A stretch of 63,819 nt of DNA, filler included, from Folioceros fuciformis (lineage: Eukaryota), in the NCBI GenBank assembly GCA_049999805.1. It is 8 parts of 8 records of this genome, joined end to end, with 100 filler letters (N's around TTAATTAATTAA, not from the genome) between each part and the next. Parts side by side here need not be neighbours in the genome. Positions count along the whole stretch, not along the records: positions 36,584 to 41,794 come from JBNGIO010003996.1; positions 41,895 to 44,540 come from JBNGIO010003997.1; positions 44,641 to 53,998 come from JBNGIO010003998.1; 5 more parts are not named here. The stretch is one strand, 5' to 3'. The notes below the pieces were generated by a model. That model saw only the letters and a program-made list of their open reading frames with translations, did no database searches and had not been told where the DNA came from. This document shows, piece after piece, positions 38,127-49,400 of this stretch (the stretch's first letter is position 1; each line of letters opens with the position of its first letter). The position numbers and the translations under genes were made by a program.

Positions 38127-39339
38127 TGTGGAGTGATTTCTTACACCCAAGAACCACCAAAGGGCCACACTTCCCCTTATTTTCGTTGTAGTCTTATGAT
38201 TCGCTCCCAAGGGAGTGAACTAGTGTCAAGGGTACCTACAATTTCCTACTCTCACCCTATTTATTAGCCGGTTCCTAACCCTGACCGTACTCCAACAAAA
38301 AGGTCAGAATCCTTAGCCTATCCTCAGCTCAGCCCACTAATTCCACACTCCAACACTTCAGTCCTTCAGCCCTTCATGTCTCCACTTCAGCCCATCACTT
38401 CACTTAAGTCACTCACCTTTTCACTTCACCTCACACTTCTGCACCCTAGCAGCTCACACTTCACTCTACCTCACTCCAACACCTCCACACTTCTCTTCAA
38501 CTCAACCCTAGAATTTGGGATACAACAGCCTTGCCTCTCGCAGTCTTCAAGCAAGGAGATGGGGACTAGGACTGGATAGCCCTCTTGGCTCACGGCCCTA
38601 TTACTTCACCTCAGCCGGCGTGCAAAATGATCAGCCGTTACGGATCCGGCCACACGGATCTCGGCAGTCTTGGGATCCACCACGTCCCCCTAGTGGCAAG
38701 GGGAATCAAGTCCTTGGTTCAATCTCAACCGGCTCATCACTCTAAGCCGGGAGTCTGCACACAAGGCCAGGGAAATCACACCGTAGACCACCCCTCCTCA
38801 ATGGCAGGTCTACCCTCTTATACTGCCTTCACCCAACCCTCCATCTTTGTCTACTAGGGTTAACCTCAATCAACCACCTAACAGTCTCTCTCTGACCTAA
38901 GCCGCACCAAATTCTAACCTACACCCAGTTCTGACCTAAACCTAATCTAAGTCTGACCTAAACCTAATCAGGTCTAAACCTAGTCCTAAGTTTGACCTAA
39001 ACCTAATCAGACCTAAACATAGTCAGACCTAGTTCTGACCCCAACCTAAACCAAGCCTAACTCTAACCTACCCCTATGCGTAATTGCCCGTTACCCCCTT
39101 AGACATCGCTGGTTGTCCTCTATCTAAAATTATCAGCCTCTCACAACTAGCAAAAATTAGGAGTGCTTCTCAACACCCTCCCCTCCTCTCTCGGATCAGA
39201 TCATCCCTTCCCCTCAGATCATCTTGCACCCTTCAGAGACCTCCATCTTCAGGTCCCTTCCCCCATTCTGCTGGCCAAGACCCATGACCCAGCAAAGCTA
39301 CCCATCTAGCGCCCCTGAATGAGCACCTTGCAAGCTTGG
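38127..39339. mobile_element. Terminal part of related element D, interrupted by the 39340 copy
   Basis: Starts TGTGGAGTG. It shares the subterminal motif TCGTT..AG..GATTCG.TCCCAAGGGARTGA..GTGTCAA with copy A (45735-45783). It is similar to 53120-53998 and contains CCTAAACCTAATC-type repeats at 38890-39070. Confidence 0.7.
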
Positions 39340-41794
39340 TGTAGAGGAAAAAAACTTTCGGGACTCCCATTTTGAAGAATAGAATGAATAGGTTGTGTTT
39401 TTTTTCGTGAAGATACGAATGGATCGGCTTAGTATGGAAATAATACTTGGGTATTTATACCCAAAAGGCTCCTTGGCCCTTGGTGATTTGATAGGATTGA
39501 GTGACAGGACCAAGGAGAAGTATGGGTGAGAGGGTGTCCTTGGCCCTTGGTAGTGCGGGGGCACTCAGTTGTCTATATATGTATCCACCCCCCCTGGAAA
39601 ATAAGAAACAGGAAATGGGGTAGGGGCTTAGGTAGTTGTGGACTTAGGCGAAAAACCGGAGTGTGATGACTGGGAGACGGTAGCCGATTGCGCGACCATC
39701 GTGGAAAGGAAACCGGCAGTAGCCCAACTGGCGGTAGTGGAACGAGAACGGCAGCATAAAACCCTAGGGTGAATCAGGGGAGGACCTGGGCANNNNNNNN
39801 NNNNNNNNNNNNNNNNNNNNNNNNNNNNNNNNNNNNNNNNNNNNNNNNNNNNNNNNNNNNNNNNNNNNNNNNNNNNNNNNNNNNNNNNNNNNGGGAGGAC
39901 CTGGGCAGTAATCGAGGCAGAAACTTTCGCGAGTTGGAGCAGGAGCGGGAGTAGCCGCGAAGTGCGACGATGGCCGGAGGGGAGCGGAAGCTTAGGCAGT
40001 ACAGCAGAGCGGGCGGAGAGCGCCGGCAACCACAGGCGCAGGAGGGCAGTAGGGTTCGGATTATGGGGAAGAATTAGGCAGGATGAGGTCACGGCCAGAG
40101 TTGCTACCGGGAGTAGCGGTACTTGAGCAGGAGGAGGGAGACTCCCCTATACCGAGGATTGACGTGCTCCTGTGGCCCAACATGGAGCACTGGAGGGTCA
40201 GAGCCGAAGGACTGGTCGGAGAACTAGGCCTCGGGTTCATGACCCAGAGCTGCAATCATGCGGCACCGCAGCTGGTTAGGGAGTGCGCCCTGAAAATGAG
40301 AGAGCCTGTCTGAGAAGAGGGAATCCACGGGAGACCCCAGGCATGGAACTTGGAGCTAGTAAGGCAAGTGTATGGCGGCGACCAGCAGGAGGAGGGGGGA
40401 CTGGTGCTGGAGTCCCTAAAGAAACGAGGTGGCACGGCAGAGGCCGAAGGGCTACTCAAACCAGGCACCAAGAAGGAAGCCAACGGGTGGCTGGTCCGCG
40501 ACATGGCCAACCCTCAACTGATGGGTCTGGCCAGGTGGTTCCTATGTTTCCTGCAGGTTTGCAAGCCGGATTATCTGTCCGACCAGATGCTCTTGTTTGT
40601 GTACGAGGTGGTCAAGGGGAGCAAGGTGGACTGGGGGAAAATCCTGTATGCCAGGATGGACGAGGAAAGGCAGAATCTAACCCTGTCCTCTCCCCGACCT
40701 TCAATGATTTCTCCCTTTCTAATTCATATCTACTGCTATGCTAATCTCGTGTCTGAGCTGGAAGTGCTCGCCTCACTGCACATGTGCAGACCAATAAGGG
40801 ATGTAAAGTAGAAGCCCGCCGAGCCAGCGGGAGCCACCTCTAGCAGCTAGGAGTCAGGCGATGCGGATAGCTCGGAGGAGGGGACCCCCGCTAGGCAGAA
40901 GAGAAAGGGTCAGGGAAAAAGGCTCCCTCTAAGAGGAGACGGGCCAGTGGTCAGATTGTCAGAAAAGGAAGCGGGTTGGTGTCATAGGAGGTAGGCCTGG
41001 AACGGGTTGAGGGGGAGGAGGGAGCTGTTCAAGAACCAGCAGACCAAGAGTCGGCAGAGCGGGAACCAAACGAAGAGGAACTAGAAGCAGATGCCAGCGA
41101 TGGAAGCGGCCCCTCCTGAGGAAAGGAGTGAATTAGGGCACGCTCCGGAGCAGGAAGCCCTCCTAGAATAGGAGGATGTTTTTAGGAAAATTCCTCAAGT
41201 GGATAGGTTGCAGGCAAGGGAGCTAGAGAAGATATGAGCGCTGCTGGGGAGGCAAATAACCAAGAGGGGAATGGCTCCTATGTGGTCGCAGGAGATGGAT
41301 CTGCCAGAACTAACCTCAGCCATGGTGCAGGCACAAGCGGACGTGTTGGACCAGGTGGCTAGGGCATTGACCTGGCTGAGCAAGCAGGCGGAGAAGGAGG
41401 CCGAGGCCCGAAGTGGGAAGGTAGAGGCAAGAGGAAAGGAGTCCAAAGCCTGGAGACAACTGGCGGAATCTGAAACGGCACGATGGCTCTTGGAAGAAGA
41501 GTGGCGGGTCCTGAGCGAGGGTAAGGCACAAGCAGAAGAAGAGGCACGCCAGGCCAAGGCAGAGATCCAAGCGCTAATGTAGCAACAGGAGTTGCTCCTA
41601 GCTCAAGTGAGGGTAGCCCATGAGACTAATTTAGAAATACAGCAGGAGGTGGCCAAGGCTCAGGAGCAGGAGATGGCTGCGATGGAACAAGCCCAGAAGC
41701 TGGAGGACAGGTACAAACGGGAGCGGGACGTGGCCAGAGAGCGAGTAAAAGGGAAGGGTAAGGCTGGGCGCAGTGGTCGGACGACGATGTCGGT
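39340..41794 (+). mobile_element. Another copy of the B family, cut by the contig end, with ORF1 (40083 onward, several stops)
   Basis: Begins TGTAGAGGAAAAAAACTTTCG and is collinear and highly similar to 46457-48700. ORF1 peptides: LVRECALKM, GRPQAWNLELVRQVYG, KKEANGW, GSKVDWGKILY, MISPFLIHIY, followed by an acidic region and a coiled coil. Confidence 0.85.
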
Positions 41795-41894
41795 NNNNNN
41801 NNNNNNNNNNNNNNNNNNNNNNNNNNNNNNNNNNNNNNTTAATTAATTAANNNNNNNNNNNNNNNNNNNNNNNNNNNNNNNNNNNNNNNNNNNN
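41795..41894. other. Artificial contig-joining spacer
   Basis: N44-TTAATTAATTAA-N44. Confidence 0.97.
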
Positions 41895-44540
41895 CGAGTG
41901 TGGCTGGATCCGTGAGCCAGCCACTGGCTTGGCTGCAGGTGACAAGCCGCCAGCTGGCTTCTGGGCAAGGAGTTCGGTAGGCAACCAGCCGGGCAGGCCG
42001 GGCAGGCTGGTTGCCTGGCTGGTTCTGGATCGGTTGGCGGCTCCAGGCCAATAGGCCCAGGGCAGGCAGAAGACAGCTAGGGTCCCGGCCAACCAAGCCA
42101 GGGGGAACGGGACGGACGGATGTGGAGGAGCTTGGCCGACAGCCACCCGACGGATGGCGTGGAGCAAGACTGGGGCCAGGATGGGCACCGGCTGCATGGA
42201 GCGAGTTCGACCGGGCAACTTGGTGGATCAGCTGGCTAGGGTTGGCGTCGGGCTGGCTGGCCAGGATCAGATCGGTAGGCCAGGCAAGGGGCTGGCGAGG
42301 ATGCTGGATCCAGTTGGGTCGTGGCCAGGCAGCTGGCAGTACGGAGTCTGGGCAGGTGGCTGGTGAAAGGATCGATAGAGAAGCATGGTGAAGGAGAGGA
42401 GAGAAGAAGAGAGGAGGAAGAGAGGTCTCACAGTGTCTCTCACAGCTCTATTGCAAAGGGAGCTCAAGAGGGTATTTATTCCCTCTAGAAAAGCTCCGAA
42501 GGAAGCTTCACAAGAAGCTCACAGGAAGGAAGCTTCACAAAACGCTCATAGGAAGCTTCACAAGAAGCTCACAAGAAGCTTCACAAGAAGCTCACAGGAA
42601 GGAAGCTTCACACGAAGCTCACAGGAAGCTATGCAGGAAGCTTCCTAAAGATTAGCTTAAGCTAATCTAAACTAATGATACTTAATTAGACACTAATCCT
42701 AGACTAATTACATTAGTCTAATTAAACTAATCACATTAGTTTAATTAGACTAATGTAATTAGTCTAATTAGACTAATCAAATTAGACTAATCACATTAGT
42801 CTAATTCGACTAATCACATTAGTTTAATTCGACTAATCATATTAGTCTAATTAGACTAATCATATTAGTCTAATTAGACTAATCATATTAGTCTAAGCAC
42901 ATTGGGCTTTAATAAACCTACAGCTGGGATAGTGTGAGAGTTGGCTAGACAGTGTGAGAGTTGGCTAGACAGTGTGANNNNNNNNNNTAGACAGTGTGAG
43001 AGTTGGCTAGACAGTGTGAGAGTTGGCTAGACAGGGGCTGGCTAGAGTTGGCTAGACAGGGGCTGGCTAGTGGGGGGTGTCGGCTGGAGGCCGGGTCGCC
43101 AAGGTGTTGTAGGTGGTCCAGCAGTGTGGACTACTGTAGCAGGCCGACCGGCTGAGGCGGATCCGAAGGCTAGGCAGGGCTACTGGGTCCTAGAAGGCGG
43201 GGGAGGTCCGAGCCGAGAACGCAGACAGGGCTGCCTAGCTGCTGAGGAACTTGGCCAGCAAATTGGGTAGGCCCAACTACAGGCAGGCAGCAAGCGGACC
43301 GTGGTCTGGCTGCCTGGCCTGACCCAGAAGGGAAATGGCAGACTGCTAGTCGCAGCTGGCTGGCAGGCAGCCAACACCGGATCCAGGCGAGCGTGCGGGC
43401 AGGTTGGCTGGATCCAGTCCCGATCAGTCGGAGGCCGGGTAGTTGGGGACAGTCGCGGATGATGGTTGTCCAGCCAGGACAGGGGAACAGGTCGATCGAA
43501 CGAGGAGGGAGCTTCAAGTGCCATTGCACCAAGCTAGCTGCAGCGGTGGGGGGCCGGATCAGTTGGACGACCGATGGCTCGGCGACAGCTGGGTCTGGAA
43601 GCCAACAGGAAGTTCATTCAAGTCCTGGCCGATCAGCCAACAGCGAACCGCTAGCAAATTGCGCTACGGGCGGGTAGCTCGGCAGCCCTGCATAGCAAGA
43701 AGCCAGTAAGGTGCATGGCAAACGGATCGAGATGTGTCGAAGTGGGTCGGTGGCGGGGCGCTCCGGCGGCCTGTGGTCAGCCGAGGTGGACCCAGCCGGC
43801 AACAGGTCGAGAGCAGGCTGTGGCTTACCGGCCGATGGTGGGCTGCGGGCTGGATCCAGCAGACCGACTGGCTGGGGGGATCCGGGGAGGAGACCCGGCT
43901 TGTCGATGGCGGCTGGGTCCAAGCAATCACCGGGCGATCTGATTGGGTTGCACAGGCCGCCGAGATGGATTAGGGCAGGTCGGCTACAGGCAAAGGGGAG
44001 GCTACAGGTCGTGGCGTGCCAGGCCGAAGCGGGCCGGGTTCAGCAGGAAGGCGGGCTAGAAGTATTCGGCGCTGGGCTGAGGTCCCGACGGGACCCAGGG
44101 TGAGCCAGCCTGGGGCTGGGCAAGGCGGGGAGCCGGGAGCAAGCCAGGGGTTCCTGGCTACTGAGGAGCTGGGCCGGCCCAGCTACAAGCATACCGTTTG
44201 GGGCTCAAAGGAGTAGCCAACCGGTAGGCTAGCCAGCCGATTTGGGGGAAACAATCGGGCTGTAGGCAGGCGGGCCAGTGGGCCGGCTATCTAAGCGGAC
44301 CAGGCATGGCGGCTGGCTAGGTCAGGCTGCTAGTAGGAAGGACCCTGGTTTGCCAGGGGAACTGGCGGAATGCATGGCAAGCTTTATCGGCGGTGAAGCG
44401 CCTGGCTTGCAGGAACTAGCCAGGGTGGACCCACGGTGGGACGCAGGGCGGTGTGGTCGGATCAGCAGACCCAGCTGCAGGCAACCAATAGCGATCGGAT
44501 GGCAGCTGGCCGAGCTGGATCCAGCTAGCCAGTCTGTGGG
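41895..44540. repeat. GC-rich, G-skewed degenerate repeat region hosting the solo LTR and a 20-bp tandem repeat
   Basis: Same motif vocabulary as 58400-60300. (AGTGTGAGAGTTGGCTAGAC)n lies at 42931-43060. Confidence 0.55.
42364..42922 (-). mobile_element. Solo LTR (559 bp) with a perfect 5-bp TSD
   Basis: TGAAAGG...CCTACA flanked by GCTGG at 42359-42363 and 42923-42927. Highly similar to the LTR at 21641-22072, whose adjacent PBS gives the orientation. Confidence 0.92.
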
Positions 44541-44640
44541 NNNNNNNNNNNNNNNNNNNNNNNNNNNNNNNNNNNNNNNNNNNNTTAATTAATTAANNNN
44601 NNNNNNNNNNNNNNNNNNNNNNNNNNNNNNNNNNNNNNNN
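44541..44640. other. Artificial contig-joining spacer
   Basis: N44-TTAATTAATTAA-N44. Confidence 0.97.
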
Positions 44641-45681
44641 ATTATACGCCTTAGAGCCATACATCTATTCCTATCCTTCCAGTACGTAGACTTATATTTT
44701 ATTCCGTTCAACGCAGCCTATTCTAGTAGGAGCAATAATTATTCAATATATGATGAAAGCAAATCCGTAAAGTATGCAAGGGCAGAAAACTCAAAAGAGT
44801 AGACTAGCCCCGCCATTGTTGAACTTGAAACATGAAGAGTACTATGAACATTAACTCTCAACGCATTTATCTTACAATCATTACTTAAGAAGAATAAAGA
44901 CTGTAAACTCATCTACCCTCAAAGAGGTGAGACGAACCACCAAAAGGTAACCCGGATAGTGAACTAGCCTCTAAAGTAATTGAACCACAAATAGCACCTA
45001 AGATATCATGGTCCTAAAGTCATTGAACCACAAAATAGCACCTAAGATATCATGGTCCAAAAGGAAGTAAAGATCTACCTACCTCTATGGTTGCTAACAC
45101 AAACTAGCCTCTCTTGCCATTGTCATCGTCCTGTACATAGCATAAGCCAACGCCATCCACACGGCAATAGGAATCCTTTGCCAAAAGAATGCTAAAATAC
45201 ACCAAAGAGGAAGACCCACCTCATTCTACCTATTGTGAATTGTCTTGCTATAAGTCTCCAAGTCTTGCTTAAAGTCCATTCACGTCTCTCACTCTCGCTA
45301 CAAAGGCCCTGTCCCTATTTGCGCTTGAGAGCACACAGGCCCCGCTTCCCTCCTCAACAAAGTCCCTTCCTCCTCCGACTCCTCCATCAAATCTTCAGGC
45401 ATGTAATTTGTATCCAGGATGTCATCCAGGTGGTCATCCTCGTCTTGCATACCAAGCGGGTCCTCCCCTTCCCTACCGCCGTCCCCGCCAAGCATGTCAT
45501 CCATGTTGTTCTCTATCTCCATTTCGCCGAGCATTTCGTCCTCCCACGCGACCATTCCTTATGCGTTCTCAGTCCACCCGCAAGGCATCTTTGTTCCAAT
45601 CGTTTTTGCGACCTCCTCATCCTCGCTGATCGTGATTGGGTCACAACACTGAAATCGTAAGCGAGTTACAGGGAATGTCCT

Positions 45682-46456
45682 TGTGGGAGAAAATATTGCA
45701 CCCGGGGGTGCTGCGAGGTCCACACAAACCCTCTTTGTCGTTATAGCATTGGGATTCGATCCAAAGGGAATGATTTGTGTCAAATAACACAAGTTTCTTC
45801 TAAAAGTCAGTTACTGCCTAAGTCAAGCCTTCCACTCACCTACCACCTATTCGGCTACCTCAACCTCACCACGACTCGACTACTACCGTCGCCCCCTCAA
45901 CTACCTTAACGCTGGGCTACTCGACGGCCTACTCAGTCACCGAGGTACGTACCTACGTCCCTCAACTACTTCGTCGTCCCTACGGCTACCGCGGCACTCG
46001 GCTACTTCCGTTGCCCCTTCCACGACGGTCGCCCAATCGGCTACCCTGGTGGGGTTTTCTCTCTCTCCCTTCACCCCCTCTCTCTTTACTCTCTCTCTCT
46101 CTCTCATTCACCCCATGACTTACTTTTCCGACTTATGCCTTCTGACAGGTGGGACCCGCTTCAGTCCTCCCTCTCCCTTTCGCGATCACTCCTCTAACAC
46201 AACTCACACCTTCACTCTCATTCACGATTGCTCACTGCTTTTCTCAGGACTCGAGGACGCTTGGTTTATACACACCTACAGTTACTAACGCTCAGCCTGC
46301 GTCCAGCCCTAGCTCCTTTCGTTTCCTCTAGAAATCCCTTATGCTTACTGCGCACAACGGTGCCCCCACACACGTGCACACATACACGGCTTCTCCATCA
46401 GCCAACGCACTCTCGTTCGCTATCACACCCTGCTCGCAACCTCAGGCCAGACTCTT
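45682..46456 (-). mobile_element. Left part of an inverted sister copy (copy A), interrupted by copy B
   Basis: Starts TGTGGGAGAAAATATTG and is the diverged reverse complement of about 50350-50997. Confidence 0.75.
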
Positions 46457-49400
46457 TATAGAGGAAAAAAACTTTCGAGACTCCTATTTTGAAGAGCAGA
46501 ATGAACAGGTAGTGCTTTTTTTTTTGTAAAGATGCGAGTGAAACGGCTTAGTATGGAAATAATACTTGGGTATTTATACCCAAAAGGCTCCTTGGCCCTT
46601 GGTGATTTGATAGGATTGAGTGATAGGACAAAGGAGAAGTGTGGGCGAGGTTGTCCTTGGCCCTTGGTATTGCGGGGGCACTTAGGTGTCTATATATGTA
46701 CACCCCCCCCCTAGAAAATAAGAAATAGGAAATTGGGTAGGGGCTTAGGAGGTTGTGGACTTAGGCGAAAAACCGGAGTGTGATGACTGGGCGACGGTAG
46801 CCGGTTGGGCGATCGTCATGGAAGGGAACCGGCGGTACTGGAACTCAAACGGCAGCATAAAACCCTAGAGTGAATCAAGGGAGGACCTGGGCAGTAATTG
46901 AGGCAGAAACGTCCACGGGTTGGAGCAGGAGCGGGAGTAGCCGCAAAGCGCGACGACGGCCGGAGGGGAGCGGAAGCTTAGGCAGTATAGTAGAGCGGGC
47001 GGAGAGCGCCGGCGACCACAGGCGCAGGAGGACAGCAGGGTTTGGAGTACGGGGAAGAATCAGGCAGGATGAGGTCACGGCCAAAGTTGCTACCATGAGT
47101 AATGGTACCTGAGCAGAAGGGAGACTCCCTTGTACCGAGGATTGATGTGCTCTTGTAAAAAACATGGAGCACAAGAGGGTCAAAGCCGGAGGACTGGTCG
47201 GAGAACTAGGCCTCAGGTTCATGACCCAGAGGTGGAATCATGGGGGCCGCAGCTGGTTAGGGAGTGCGCCCTGAAAATGAGAGAGCCCGTCCAAGAAGAG
47301 GGAATCCACGGCAAACCCCAGGCATGGAACTTGGAGCTGGTAAGGCAAGTGTATGGCTGCGACTAGCAGGAGGAGGTGCATGGCGGAGGCCGAAGGGCTA
47401 CTCAAACCAGGCACCAAGAAGGAAGCCAACGGGTGGCTGCCTATGTTTCCTGCAAGTTTGCAAGCAAGATTATCTATCTGACTAGATGCTCCTGTTTGTG
47501 CACGAGGTGGTTAAGGGGAGCAAGGTGGACTGAGGGAAAATCCTGTACGCCAGGATGGACGAGAAAAGGCAGAATCTAACCCTCTCCTCTCCCCGACCTT
47601 CAATGATTTCTCCCTTTCTAATTCATATCTACTGCTATGTTAATCTCGTGTCTGAGCTGGAGGTGCTCGCCTCACTGCACATGTGGAGGCCAATAAGAGA
47701 TGTAAAGTGGAAGCCCGATCAGCCAGCGGAAGCCGACTCCAGCAGCTAGGAGTCAGGCGGTGCGGATAGTTCGGAGGAGGAGACCCCCGCCAGGTAGAAG
47801 AGAAAGGCAGGGTCAAGGGAAAAGGCTCCCGCCAAGAAGAGACGGGCCAGTGCTCAGATTGTTAGAAAAGAAAGCGGGTCGGAGTCATAGGAGGTAGTCC
47901 TGGAACGGGCTGAGGGGGAGCAGGGAGCTGTTCCAGAACCAGCAGACCAAGAACCGGTAGAGCAGGAACCGAACGAAGAGGAACTAGAAGCACCCTAGGA
48001 GAAGATGCCAGCGATGGAAGTGGCCCCTCCTGAGGAGAGGAGTGAATTAGGGCACGTTCCGGAGCAAGAAGTCTTCCCAGAATGGGAAGATGTTTTTAGA
48101 AAAATTCCTCAGGTGGATAGGTTGCACGTAGAGGAGCTGGAGAAGTTACGAACGCTACTAGGGAGGCAGATAACCAAGAGGGGAATGGCTCCTATGGGGG
48201 CGCAGGAGGTGGATCTGCTAGGACTAACCTCAGCCATGGTGCAGGCACAAGCGGACGTGTTGGACCAGGTGGCTAGGGCATTGATTTGGCTGAGTAGGCA
48301 GGCGGAGAAGGAGGCCGAGGCCCGAAGTAGGGAGGCAGAGGCAAGAGGAAAGGAGTCCAAAGCCTAGAGACAGCTGGCGGAGTCTGAAACGGCACGACGG
48401 CTCCTGGAAGAAGAGCAACGGGTCCTAAGCGAGGGCAAGGCACAAGCAGAAGAAGAGGCGCTAATGGAGCAATAGGAGTCGCTCCTAGCTCAGGTGAGGG
48501 TAGACCTTGAGACTAATTTGGAAATACAGCAAGAGATGGCTAAGGCTCAGGAGCACGAGATGGCTAAGGCTCAGGAGCAGGAGATAGCTGCGATGGAACA
48601 AGCCCAGAAGCTGGCGGACAGGTACAAACGGGAGTGGGACAAGGCCAGAGAGCGAGTAAAAGGGAAGGGCAAGGCTAGGCGCAGTGGTCGGACGACGACG
48701 CTGGTGGCTGAAAGGGCTACCGGTGGTCCAGCTCCAAAACCGATAGACGATGGGGCTACTGGTAGTCGAGTTCTAGAACCGGTAGCCCCGGAGGAGCTAC
48801 CGGTAGTCTCGCGACGCCCAAGGTAGTTGAAGGGGCTACCGGTGGGGGAGGAACGACGCCGGTAGCTGAAGCCATGACCCCGGTAGCCGAAGCACTAAGG
48901 GCAGAGGCGCCCGAGGTAGCCCAAGGAAGGAAGGGGTAAGCACCTCCCTTATGACAGAGGGTCAGGTTATGCTGCAATATGAGGAGGAGGCCTGTTATGT
49001 GCCAGGCCTTTATGTGGAGGGAGCCCAAGTTCTGAAGCTGTTTTTGTATGTACGTATGGGCATAGGAGGGACGCAGGCCTACGGCCTACAACTGAAGACC
49101 CGCACGTGCAGCTACTACTACCGATGGCGGGTATGGGGGCTGCCTCATTGCTATTCCGAGGTAGTCTTGGAGGAACTGACGGAGGAGGAGGCATAGCAAT
49201 GGGTTGAACGGGAGCCTGTCCTCATCCTCAGTAATCGGCGATGGAAAGAGGAGAGGGACTTCTTGCAACGGGACCCACCTGCGCCGCCGCTAGCGAGGGC
49301 CAACAGCAGCATCAGTGAGGTGGAGGTCCTGTGGGAGGACCTGCCTAACCAGTGGCGGGATAGGAGGGCTAGAGGCAGACCAGTAGGGGGAGGAGCGCGA

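Noticed and set aside
38890-39070. Telomeric repeat (CCCTAAA) relic
   Set aside because: The units are CCTAAACCTAATC/GACCTAG variants inside element D, not tandem heptamers.
39793-39892. Apparent direct repeats or TSDs flanking 100-N gaps (also 51791-51890)
   Set aside because: The same 13-15 nt appear on both sides and the sister copy has no insertion there, so these are unmerged contig overlaps.
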